From: the human T2T-CHM13v2.0 reference genome, Homo sapiens
Reading direction: 5' to 3' (one strand)
Assembly (NCBI RefSeq): GCF_009914755.1
Contig: NC_060925.1
DNA length: 64,000 nt
Below the pieces are notes generated by a model. That model did not search any database and was not told the origin of the DNA. It saw only the letters and a program-made list of their open reading frames with translations. Shown here piece after piece: positions 15,111-29,295 of this stretch. The translations under genes were made by a program, and so were the position numbers. The first letter of the stretch is position 1, and each line of letters starts with the position of its first letter.

Positions 15111-15779
15111 TTATCTTTGATAAGAGCAAGTAGAGCGTTATGGTGTTTTTATTCTATTTTGAAGTTCTAGAACCAATGCAGCCTCCCGAGGGAACTGCAA
15201 ATGGGCCAGGCACTTTCATAATATTTACACTCATTTGTTCATCCATTTGCTGTCCATTTATCATTCATCCAAAATCATTTATTAGGGACCTCTTCTATTT
15301 CATGCACTGGGGCTATGATGATAAATGAATTCTTCACTTGGAGGAACTACACTCTACTGGAGGGAGGCCTACATAAATGGGGTTTAGGGTAAACCTGACA
15401 GGTGTTCTACTAGATCTAATAACAGATTTCTGTGGACATACAGAGAAAAGGTCGCCCCTCTGGGTTGCTGGAAAAGATTCACAGAAAGTGATATTTGAAG
15501 TGAGTTTTGAAGGATAAGTGCATTCATCAGGTTAAGCCGTTGAGAAAGGAAAGCCCACTAGGGGACAGGCCTGTGCAAAAGCACTGAAGTGTGACTGGGT
15601 ATGCAGAGAACAGGGAAGGTGGTGAGGTGGTGGGTGGAGGACCGGGTACAGAACCGTGGGAGAGGTGATGGGGAAGAGTGAAACTGAAACTGTAGGGCAC
15701 CAGGCCATCGCCCTCCATGCATCCAAACTCAAGTGCCAGAAGGCACAACCTCAACCCATGGGTGGCAGCCCTACTGCCA

Positions 15780-16420
15780 ACACAGATACACACACACACA
15801 CACACACAGACACCACACACCCCACCACACACACATACCATGCACCCCCCCATTCCACCCCACAACCCACCACACACAGAGATACACACACCCCATTTCA
15901 CACCCCACCACTTACACATCCCGCCACCAAACACATACCCTCCACCACATACACACATCTCACGCACCCTACTCCATACCCCACCCCCGACACAACCCCA
16001 CACACCAGCACACCCCTTCACACCACCACACTCCCCACACCACTGCACACACACACCCTACCACATACACCACATACCCCCCACACACCTCCCACATATA
16101 CCTCACCACATATATTCTACATCTACCTCACACACACTCTCTCCCCACCACACATACCCCACCCCCCACACACCCCACACATACCACCACATACCCCTCC
16201 ACACATCCCACCACACACCCCTCAAATCCTGCCATACACACACACCCCGTCACACACCCCACCACATACACACACACAGAGACACACCCTACCACCACAC
16301 CCCGAACAATCCACCACGTACCCCACACCTCACACCTGACCACACACAATCTCCCCTCACACACACCTCACCTCATCACACACACACACACCCCCCATAC
16401 ACCCCCCACCCCACATACAG
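15780..16420. repeat. C/A-rich low-complexity degenerate (CA)n/(CAC)n tract
   Basis: ~640 bp dominated by C and A; generates spurious H/T/P-rich and G/V/C-rich ORFs. Confidence 0.95.
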
Positions 16421-16827
16421 AAACAGTTGTTTTGGCTGACCCCCTCCTGAGAAAGCAGAGTTGACTCTGGGCTGCATCCCACAGAGCACAGCCCAGGGTC
16501 CTGGGAACACTGTAAGGGACGTTGGTAAGGGGGATCCAGTACTGGTTTTTAAACATGGGAGTGCTACACACATCGTCTGTGGACTGTGAGTACATTGTGT
16601 CAGGACTAGGTCTAACTCATACTCTGTTCCTTCCTCTGTGCCTAGCACCATGCTGGCATATAGAAGGTCCTCCTTAAATACTTGCTGCATGAATAAATGA
16701 ACTAAACAAATAAGGCAATGTGGAGAATGGACTAGCGTGGAAGGAAACTACTGTCAGTTCAGAGGCTCTCACAAGAATCTAGGTGAGCGATCACGGTGGG
16801 ATTGGAGAGGAAGAACCAGAATGTAGA

Positions 16828-17340
<513 letters not shown>

Positions 17341-17580
17341 GATTTTTGTGGCAGAATCAAACAAACTTGTAACAAACTGGATTTATTCATTAATTTAATC
17401 AATAAATATTTATTGATTGTTTACTTTGTTCTGCAGTGAAAACGTGTGTGGCAATAGGGTGTGACACGCCAGGGTGTTTAGACTTTGTGAGGTGCTTGGT
17501 AAAGGAGACCCAACACCAGTGTTTAAGCATGAGCAGAGCAGGTGATGTAATTTCCCTCTAGAGCTGACATTCTTCTGGGG

Positions 17581-17752
17581 GAAGGAGGGAAGGAAGGAAG
17601 GAAGGAAGGAAGGAAGGAAGGAAGGAAGGAAGGAGGGGAGGGGAGGGGAGGGAGGGAGGGAGGGAGGGAGGAAAGGAAGGAAGGGAAGAAAGGGAGGGAA
17701 GGGAAGAAAGGGAAGGAAGGGAAGGAAGGAAGAAAGAAAGAGAGAAAAGAAA
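17581..17752. repeat. Purine-only compound microsatellite including (GGAA)11 at 17588-17631
   Basis: Direct reading. Confidence 0.95.
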
Positions 17753-19881
17753 GTTCTATGAAGAGAATGAAAACAAGTGATATAATGAGTGGAGGAGAGT
17801 GGACAAGCTATTTTAGCAGGATTGGTCAAGGAAATCCTCTCTGAAAGGTGACAAGTTGAGAGTTGAATAATGCAGAAGTTATGTGGATTAAGAAAAACAA
17901 AAACAAACAAAACCTCAAAACAAGAACTAAAATAATCATTGATGAGTAAAAGCAATAAAATTCATCCTGAAGACACCTGGTGCAAGAAGGGACCTATTCC
18001 ATCTGCAAGTGAAACTCACTCACTTCCTTTCTCCAGAAAGAAAACTGAAGCCTGGAGAGGTAAAGAGACTTACCTAAGGCCAGTTGGCAAAAGACTCTTA
18101 ACCTCCTGACCTCCAACTCCACTCCCTACTGGGTAAGTGTCTCTTAGCATCTTGAATTTCATTTTTCTTATTAGTAAAATGAGTTATTGATAGAAATGAA
18201 AAATGTAACATAGATAAGGTGCTAAAAATAGTAGCTATTTTCATTTTTGGATTTTTTCTAATCGTTGTATAGTGTGCCTCTCAAATAATTAACTATGTTA
18301 TTATTTTAATAATATAGAAGTATTAATATAATATATAATTATGTATAATTAATATAATAGAGAAATTTAGTAATTGGATAATACAGAAAGCCTAAGAGAG
18401 GCAATGAGCTTCAAGTCCTGACTTTTTCTTAGTCTTCATTGTCTGGGGTAAATCTTAGCATTGGGCCTATGCAATCAACCTCCAGTACCACCTGCCATTC
18501 ACCTGGAGGCAGCTGCTGGAGCTCTTCGAATGCTGTCAGAGAAGGAATAACCATCCCCCACACTGCTGGCCTGACAACCCCCACCTTATTAAGTGGTGGT
18601 ATGTATCACAGTCCTAGGATACTTCTGAGGAGAGGAATATGAGGCTGTGGTTTTCTCAACAGACACAGCTGTCATCAAGCTCTTTATGGAAAGCTGCTGT
18701 AGACAGGGGCTGAAAAGAAGATGAAGGCTTTAACAGGTTGTGAAATTGCAGTGATAAAAAGAGAGCACTAAAAGCATATGGCACTGGAAAGGGTTTTCTG
18801 CATCCAAATTGAGAATCAGACCTTCATTTGTTTACTCTTCATTTTACTCCCACCACACCTCTGCTGTTTGAGCTGGTATTTTTGTAAATATTCAGATAGG
18901 ACAAACAAGGTGATAAACGAGGTCATGGCTTTGCCAGAGGGAGAGACAGTGCTGGAATATAAATGTTGGGTCTCCTTGACTTCTCAATGTCATTTGCCTT
19001 TTCTAGCCACACCCTTGGGTCTCAACCCAGGGTCTTGGACTATGAGCCCATGCTCTAGCCATTCTGCCGTGTTGCATCTGAGTTTGGTGTCTTTGGAGCC
19101 ACTGGTTCAATAATCCTTAGCTGATAGTTTGATCTGACTATTGTATGATCACCAGAGTAACACTGAAAATGAGGCATTGAACACCTATGGGTTGCATGTG
19201 AGTGACCTGAGAGCCATGTCTGAGGCTTACTGCCCACAGCTCATGACCTCACTGTTGCAACCTGACCTGGTCAGGGCCAGGACCCTCTCCCCAGGCTGGA
19301 GCATCATCTCCTCCCATCATTCCTGAATATCACAAAGACCCATTAGGATAATGCCTCTGTGCCTTTCAGCCCTCCCATGCTCAGCAATGCACCTTCCAGT
19401 GAACATAGTGGCATACAAATAACTGCAGAGATAGAAGGATCCAAGTCCTTGGCCCAAATCTAGCAGGTCTAGATACCAGACCTTGCTCTACCACTTAGTT
19501 CACTGTATGAGCTTGGGCGAATTACTTTATTTATCTAGACCCCTATTTCTTCAAATGTGAATGTGGAATATTATCTACCTCATAGAGGTCCAAGAATCAA
19601 AAAAATTTATTGTATATGAAAATGCTTTGAAAAATAGAAAGCACCAATCAAGTAAGTACAGGTATTATTCAGTAGTCTACATACACTACAAGGATTTTTT
19701 TGTAGAAAAAAATAAAACTTAATAAATATTAAATTATATTAATATCACTTTCATCCATCTATCCATTCATCCATCCATCCATCCATTCATTCAGTAAAGT
19801 TGTATTAGACAACCAGTCTGGGGCAGGCACTGTATTGGTGCTAGGTAGATACATGATTGTGAACAGCAAATATATTATTCC

Positions 19882-20419
19882 TTGGGTTAATTAGGGTTCT
19901 CCAGAAAAAAAAACTAAAGGGAAATATATATCTCAAAAAGAGATTTATTACAAGTAATTAGCTCATGTGATTATGAAGGTGGGAAAATCCTGAGATATGT
20001 GGGATGAGTCAACAAGTTGGAGACCCAGGAGAACTGATGGTTTAGTTCTAGTCTGAGCTTGGTGATCTAAAAACCAGGATTGATGGTGTAGCTGAAGGCC
20101 AGCAAGCTCAAGATCCAGGAAGTGCCAATGTTTCAGTTTGAGTCTGAAGGCAAGAATAAAAGCCAGTGACCCAGTTCAAAGGCAGTCAGGCAGGAAGAAT
20201 TCTCTCTTACCTGGGGGAGTCAGCCTTTTGTTCTATGCAGGCCTGCACTTGGTTAGATGAGGACTGTCACATTAGGGAGTGCACTCTACTTTACTCAGTC
20301 TGCCAATCTGAATGTTAATCTCATCTAAAACACCCTCACAGAAACACCCAGAGTAAGTTTCACCAAATATTTGGGCACCACTTGGCCCAATCAAGTTGGC
20401 AGATAAAAGTAATCATCAC
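19882..20419 (-). mobile_element. MLT2 (ERVL) solo LTR
   Basis: ttagggttctccaga...gagatttatta...tcaagttggcagataaaagtaatcatcac. Confidence 0.8.
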
Positions 20420-20896
20420 CTTCCTAACAGAGCTTACTGTCTATTTGGGAGAGAAGGACATAGTAAAGCAATAATCATGCAAACAAATTTATAATGAGAA
20501 AGTGTGCTGAGTGCTATGAAGAAAAAAGTACAGGCTCCCAGGAGTGATGATAACACTGGAGGCATATAAACATGAAACTTTAGTTGACTTGACTGATGTG
20601 GGACAAGGGGAGTGCATAGGGGAATTCCTTCAGATAGGACAGCACTCAGCAAATGAAATATCCAAAAGGTCAGTGTGGCTGGAACACAGGAAAGAAGAGG
20701 GATTATGTTGCCAATATGAGCAGACAGAGGGAAGGTCACAGACAACTCTTAGGGTTGTCTATGAGAAGGCTGAAAAGTTTGAGGCTGGTGAAGGAAGTAT
20801 GAAATAGAAGTTGCCAGACTGAGAGAATGACCTTATTCATTGACAATGTAATGGAATAATATGGTTGTGTGGTCTGTTTAAGTTGAGCTAGAATAA

Positions 20897-21224
<328 letters not shown>

Positions 21225-22852
21225 AGGTTGCATGATTTTTATAGCCTTTTGTTTGACAATTTGATGCAGACATATAAATTAATTTTAACATTGATTGTTG
21301 TGACTTTCCACTTTATACTATTTTGCATGAATATTTCCACATGTTTGTTTTTCATAATTTTGTTATTTTTAATAGCTGTGTAGTATTCCATCATGGTTTC
21401 CATCATGTTATTTCTGGCCCTTCTACACACTCCTGTGGTTTTTAGCTCTGTACACTGTTTTTCTGAAAAATAGTTCTGCTGAGAATATCTTTTGGAACAG
21501 TGTTGTTTCTTATGAGCTATTTTTTTAGGTTGCATCCCCTCATGGGTTGCTTCTCTGCATGTCACAGCTTCTCTGTAGCACACAGCGTCTGTGGTGTGGT
21601 GCTTTGTTTGTCTTGTCTGGATGTGAGAAATTCCCATGGCACCAGCTGCTGCTGCGGAGTTGGCTGGGGAGGAGTAGTGACAGGCAGGAAGAGGATGACC
21701 CTCATTAGGAGTTCAGAGAATGCAGGTTATTGTGTTACTGCACTGTATCCTCCAGGATGTGGCCTCTGTGAGTGGTTTGTTCTGCACTGAGAACCTCCAT
21801 GGCCCTTAACCTAACAGGGAGCTCTCTGCCTTTGCCACCTTCCCCAAGGGCCTATTAAGTTCCTGGTAAGTGTTGTTCTATGTAGAACAAAGAATATGTA
21901 AGGTAGTGGCAATAATGTAAATTATTGTTCATAAGCCTCTGGACTGTAATTAAATTAAAGTTATGATTATATCATCTAAGGCAAATGGTTCCCTAGGTGC
22001 CATCATTTTTGTTTATTCCTTTATGTAGTATATTCATTCTTAATTTCTACATATTATTGAGAAATTAGTAGGGGACCAGCTCATCAAGCCAAGCAGGTAT
22101 CAGGGAAACTCATATAACATCCCTTCTTTGCCTAATCATAGTGCACCCACTCATTTGACCCAGTGTATCTCTTAAGCATTTAGCATGTTTAACACTGGTC
22201 AAAAAGTTAATGGAACAAAACAGAGTAACTGAACTCATTTGAGTTGGGACAAGGATAAAGTTTAAATTCGGTTTTCTGGGGGAAAAAATTCTATTACTTT
22301 TGTCAAACATAATATCATACAGTAGTAATTTAGTTTAATGTTCTTGGCAATTGGAAAATAAGTTCCAAAGGATTCCTCTATTTTATCAAAGCAAAGAAAG
22401 ACAAGTACGGAACATAATAACCATTTTGTCCTCTTACCCACAAAGGGTATGTAGGAGAGGAGGCAGGCTCCTGCTAGAATCTTAGTCATTTTGGTCAGAA
22501 ACATCATCACTGATGGCAGTGATATCTGTAGTTAATAACAGCAATGATAGTAACACATAAAAACCATGGAGTGTTAACTGTATGCTAGGCACAGTGCTTT
22601 ATATTGCATCATTACCTCCCTCCCATGAAATGGGTTTTCTCAAAATCACAAAGCTGGTGAGTGATGGACTCAAGATTCAAACAGTAGACCCAAAGCCGGT
22701 GCTCCTAATCTCTCTCTACCCTGGTAATACAGTGGTTGGAAGCAGTGGGGTGGCAGGAAAAACCCACACCAAGGGATCTCAGCATTGCATTGCGAAGCAC
22801 ATGCCATGTTAGCTTTGAATCTGTTATGTAAATTGAATTAAGTCACATTATG

Positions 22853-23146
22853 ATTATTATTATTTTGAGACAGGGTCTTGCTCTGTCGCCCAGCTGGAGT
22901 ACAGTGACGCAATCTCAGCTCACTGCAACCTCCATCTCCTGAATTCAAGGAATTCTCCTGCCTCAGCCTCCTGAGTAGCTGGGATTACAGGCATGCACAA
23001 CCGCACCCGGCTAATTTTTGTATTTTTAGTAGAGACGGGGTTTCACCATGTTGGCCAGGCTGGTCTTGAACTCCTGACCTCAGGTGATCCACCTGCCTCA
23101 GCATCCCCAAGTGCTGGGATTACAGGCGTGAGCCACTGCGCCCAGC
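22853..23146 (-). mobile_element. AluSx-like
   Basis: Dimeric antisense Alu. Confidence 0.93.
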
Positions 23147-23904
23147 CCACATAAACTTCCTGATGTTCCATTTTCTATAAAACAGAAGAGACGCTTGTAT
23201 TTTTTAACTCCCAATGTGGGTAATGCTAGATAAGTGTGGAAGTTCTTTGACAACCAGCCAGAAAGTCCTATAGATATCTAAGGATTCATTACTTTGTATT
23301 GTGGTTGCTATGATGATGATGTGGCAGGATTCTTGTACTTAAAATATGAGACATGCAACAGCTGCTCTGGGGTGAGGCTACTCCAATGGGCTAAATTCAA
23401 ATGTCTCATGCAGTGGAGTTGCGTTTCAATGAGTCATCTGATATGCTGATGTGCCAGGGAATCAGATACTTCACAGTCAGAAGGCAGCAGGAATCATGTG
23501 TGTTGTGGATGTGATGTGACTGACGTGGTGACAGATACATTCAAAGCATCAGCAGGCTCTCTAAACAAAGCTCCTTCTAGGAAAACTGATCACTGTGGCA
23601 GGCTCCCTCCAATGACTGCAGGCTGGGAATTGACCATAACAGATCATGATGTAGGTTCTAGAACAAGACTGAGGGGTGGAACAGGAGTCAGGTGGTCTTC
23701 AGAGTGATTTTATTGACATTAGCCCAACCAAGGCTCCACCATGCTTTGGGCAATCAGCACATCTCAGGGCTTGGGGTTCTGGATGTTGGAATACATTGCA
23801 TAACTGGTGCAGTAGCAGGACATGAAGGCCAAGGCAGAAATTTCATCCGTACTTTATGTAAACCCAGTAGACTGGTGGTCTCAAACTCCAGAGAAACTAA
23901 AATC

Positions 23905-24040
23905 CAACTGTTGGGTACTACGCTCACTATCTGGGTGATGGGATTATTCATATCCCAAACCTCAGCATCATGCAGTATACTCATGTAATAAACCTACACG
24001 TGTACCCCTGAATCTAAGTAAAAGTTGAAATTATTTAAAA
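23905..24040 (+). mobile_element. Short 5'-truncated L1 3' end (L1PB/L1MA-like), apparently inside a MER5-like element (~23865-24155)
   Basis: gggtactacgctcactatctgggtgatggg...tgtacccctgaatctaa. Confidence 0.7.
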
Positions 24041-27000
24041 AACAATTGTTCAAATTCAGATTTCTGGTCTTCATTCCCAGAGTTCACTATTCCACTGGTT
24101 TGGGGTGGGGGCCAATAATCTACATTCAACAAGCCCTTTAAGTGATTTTGATGCGGATAATGTACAATTTCCATTTTCAGGAAATAAAATGTAGTAGATA
24201 CAGGAAGGACTCTGGATGAGAGTGACCATAATAAAAACCAAAAAGTTAACATGTATTGAGTATTTACTATGAACTGGGCACTCTTCAAAGTGCTGTACAG
24301 AAATTAACTAATTATCATGCCATCCCATGAGCTAACCACTAATATTTCCTCCATTTTACAAATAGAAGACACTCGTGTCCTGGTTTCCTGGTAAAATGTG
24401 AAAGTTTGAATGTGTCAGAAGAATTTTGTAAGGAAGGGATAGATTGCTCAAATTCCACCTAGAGGAACAGCATATACTGCCATCACTCTAGTGTTTTAAT
24501 ATAGCCTGATTCTAATATGAAAAATTCACAGCAGCCTGGTAGCTTAGGGTAGGGATGGAGCTTAGGAGAAATTGCCCACTGTAGCATCTATCTCACAGGG
24601 TACCAACATTGAGACTGGAAGACATTAACTCCAATTATTCCTTGCCCTCTGAATGCTGAAATTGCCCTTACCTCAACCTTGTTTTTGGCTGGGACCTGTT
24701 GAAATGCTGCAAGCCTCCAGCTTGCTAATCAGGTTTACAGAAAAAAAGAGATTTTAAGCCTCTACTAATTAAAGATATAATGCTAACCATCTATGACCAG
24801 TTAACCATCTATGACCAGTTAGCTCATTTAATTAGAGCCCATTGAGAATAAGAGTGAACTAATCGAACCTAACATTTACTTTCTATTACAGAAGAATTTA
24901 TTTGAATCTCTCTTTTCCTTGGCTAAGAAGAATGAAGAGGCAGGAGACTTGGGGGACCCCTTAACTGGGGATAATTACTGGGACAAATCAGCCAGCACAA
25001 AGAGGAGGTAATATTTGGATGGTTAGTTAGAAATATTCTTTGCTGATTTATTATTCATGTACTATGATTTAAAGAACCTTGAAGTTGTCTGAACATTGTT
25101 TAAAATTTTGGAGGTCTAGAATTCCAGATTTATGTTTCTAAGTGCCTACCTGCTAAGATGTTCCATTGGGTTGTTCAGCTAGTATCCCTTCCCCAAAACA
25201 TATCCCAAATCAATCCCATCATACTCCCCACCAAGTCTCTCTTCTCTGGATGACACTACTTCTGTTCCTGATCACACTGTTCTCCCAGTTCTGGTTCAGA
25301 AACACAGCCATCTTTGAATCCACCCTCCCTAGAGAGTTGGTTGTAAGATAAATTCACATGTTTTCTCAGGTTAGCTTTTGCTCTTCCAGCAAGAAGAGCA
25401 TCACTATCACCCATAGTTCAATCCTTTTCATCTCATGGGGTCTGAACCACATTCTGGAGCTTTCCTGACCAGCATCTTCTCCGTTTGTCCTGCAGCTTCT
25501 TCTTCCTACAATGGCTCTGCCATATTGAAATATAATTCTTTAGCTTAAACTCTCTGTGATTTTTATTGCCTCCTAAATAAAGTTGAAATTTACTAAACTC
25601 AAAATCTGGTGTACAAGTCCTTCTATAATCTTTTCCCATACTATTTGTCTAGCCTTGTTTTCTATTAAGTCTTTAAAAACAATTTTACTACTCACAGGGC
25701 TGATTTACCTATTAGATACAGGAAGTACAGCACCTAGGTCCCACAATGCTTTTAGAGGTCCAGGATCTTTTAATTTCTTTTTCAATCAAAAGAAAAAAGA
25801 ACACAATCCAAATTGTATTGTATGCATAATTATATTAACACAGTTGTAAAACATAATTTTAATATTTTTTGGACAAAGATACCTATGAAAGCAAAAGTGT
25901 CAAGTCCCATGAAAGTCATGTGACTTTCCCCGAAATAGAAAATATAGATTTAATAAATGAACTTTGGTGAAAGATTTAAAGACAAGTAATAAGGTATGCA
26001 CTCATTAAATGTAAAATAAATAAATAAAATCATCAACCCTGTCTCAAAAAATGTTTAACTTTCATTTGTTCGTTAATAACTCAATTACTCACTCATTCAA
26101 TCAACAAATATTAATTGCACTCTTACTATTTTTCAGGCACTAAACAATCAGTCCTGGTCTCTGTTATCAGAGACTTTTGATGCTACCATTGGAGTCAGAC
26201 AAGCAGACAAACATCAACAAAATGATTATAAACTATGACACACTATGATGGGAAAGAAGGAGGCTGACAGAGAGGACATTGGCAGGAAGGAGCCCTACTG
26301 TAGATGTGGTGGTCAGAGAAGGGCCTTTGTGAGAAGCTGACACATAATCTCACAGTTGAAGTTGTGAGAAGGAGCTGGTCCTCCAGAGAGAAGTAGGAAG
26401 AGCGCTCCAGCAGAATCTCTGGGTGAGACTTGGACATCTGTGTTGTTGCTCTACTTTCTGGGTACATCTGATGAAGGAGGAGCCCCTGCTGTTGGTCTCA
26501 TCCACAAATACAGTTTAAGCTCTTCATTTCCGTGGTTTTGTTCATGCTGCTCCCTTGCCCTAGAATTCCTTCTCTTCTGCCTCCCTTTCTCTATCTTTCA
26601 AGCCATACTCATCTTCTAAGACCCAGTTCAAATGCCACCACCAAGCCACTGTCTCTATGCCAACTCCTCTGGCCAGATGCCTGCTCTCCTTTAAAGCCCC
26701 CACTCTAATGCTTAGCAGTTGTCATCCCCTACCCTCTTCTTCCATATGTTTTATCTCCACTACTTGGTGGCAATTTCTTAAAGGTAAAGACTGTGTTTTA
26801 TGTCTTAGCATTGCTTGAACAACCTCCACAGTGACCTTCACACATTAGAAATTTAGTAAAAATTTTCTGGATACATGAAAAATGAATGAGTCATGATTCC
26901 AAGGTAGACTATGTATTCACATCATATTCTTGCAATCTTTCCCTTATTTCCTTTGCAGACAAGTGCAGCTACGACTGCTGCTGGGACCGCGATACTGTGA

Positions 27001-27171
27001 TGAGACTTTGCATATTTAAAAGGATGTCGAGAGAGGAGGAGGAATGATAAATGAACTCAGGAAGATGTGATGTCTTCTGTGATGACACTAATAGATGGAA
27101 TGCAGAATTCAGCTCCAATACTTAGGGTTGGAAACCAAACATAAACAAGCAAGCAAGGAAAATGAAAAGGA

Positions 27172-27172
<1 letters not shown>

Positions 27173-27215
<43 letters not shown>
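27173..27215. repeat. (TG)21 microsatellite
   Basis: Direct reading. Confidence 0.97.
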
Positions 27216-27217
<2 letters not shown>

Positions 27218-27591
27218 GTGTGAGAGTATATGAAATACATGAAAAGATAAAAAGTTAGATGCTGCTAAAGGGACAGACATGTAGGAATTTTACATTAGGG
27301 TTGTTCTGATTTTCATTTTCTTGCCTTTTAAAATTTAATGATAAACAAGTCTCCAGAGATTTTTACAGCCTGGGAGACCACTGGTAAGACAACAATATAG
27401 GTGGTCCTCCAGCAGGATCTAAATCAGAGCCTTCATAGTGGACTGTCGGGCCAGGTGCAGCTGTAGACAATGCATCTTCAGGAGTGGGGTGAAGAAATTT
27501 AATGGACTAGTAATGCAACAGGAGGTAGAAGAAAAGTGTTCTCTCACTAAAGCATGGTGGGTGTTTTCAAAATGTTTAAAAAACATTTTTA

Positions 27592-28196
<605 letters not shown>

Positions 28197-29295
28197 AGAC
28201 CTCAATTCTTTAAAAACCAATTGTGTTATGCTTTTGGTTGCTGGGTTCTTAGAAGGAGGTTCTCAAGGTGGCAAGTCAGAGACATTCTGTTCTGTCTGTC
28301 AGAAATGCAAAATAATGGAGCAAAATTCCAAAGATAAAGTGAAAAATATGGCAATCAGGATAGCAAGAGCTGAGTGAATGGTGTGAGTTTGAGGAGGTGT
28401 TTTCGATTAACTTGTTTTAACATTGAGCTGTAAAAAGAAGTTAAGATAGGGAAGGATGGGGTGAAATATTGCCTGGTCTCCAACTGAAACACATGGGCCT
28501 GAGATATGGTGAAGTTTTACTAATGGGATGAAAAAGTGGAGTAGGCCTGGTGTGGAGGAGCACAGCATCCTGAGCCTCGGAAGTGATTCAGGTTAAAGGG
28601 CCTCTAAGGCTACACTCTCAGAGCCTTGGAAGAGCTACCTGGCTTGAGCTCTACTCATAGCTACTTTTCTATCCCCTGGTTGTCAGCTCTTCAGCCCTTT
28701 ATTCATTCAAAAAATATTTATTGATGGCCTACTAAATGACAGGCCCTGGGTGAACAGCTGTGAAAAAAAAATGGGCAAATGTCTCTGCCCTCCTGGGATT
28801 CATATACTAAAGGGTCAAGAATATAAGAATTTATTAAAAGAACAGTCCATGGAGGAAAAAATGAAGCACAAGTATAATGGATCTATTGACCTGTGTAATG
28901 ACCCCAGATCAAGACCCTGATCACCCCATTTATTTGGTGCCTGTTATTGTAATGTCTTCCGCCATCTGTTATTACTACTTACCACCTCTCCTCTGAGACG
29001 TATGGTCCAAGCCACATACCCTCAAAAAAAAATCTGTATTGAAGTATAATTTATGTACCATAAGGTTCACCTATTTTGAGTGTATAATTCAATGATTTTT
29101 AATAAATGTATAGAGTTGTATGGTCTTATCATTACAATCCAGACTTAGAACATTTCTGTCAGCCTGAAATGTTTCTTTGTGCCCATTTGCAATCAATTCT
29201 GCTTCTACTTTCAACCCCAGGCAACCACTGATCTGTTTTCCATATCTATAGATTGGCCTTTTCTGGACATTTTATATCAATGGAATCAAACAGCA

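Noticed and set aside
15527-16464. Overlapping 175-243 aa His/Thr/Pro-rich and Gly/Val/Cys-rich ORFs
   Set aside because: Open in nearly all frames because the C/A low-complexity tract lacks stop codons; not coding evidence.
17410-17955. 181-aa ORF rich in PSFL repeats
   Set aside because: Translation of the GGAA/GGGA microsatellite.
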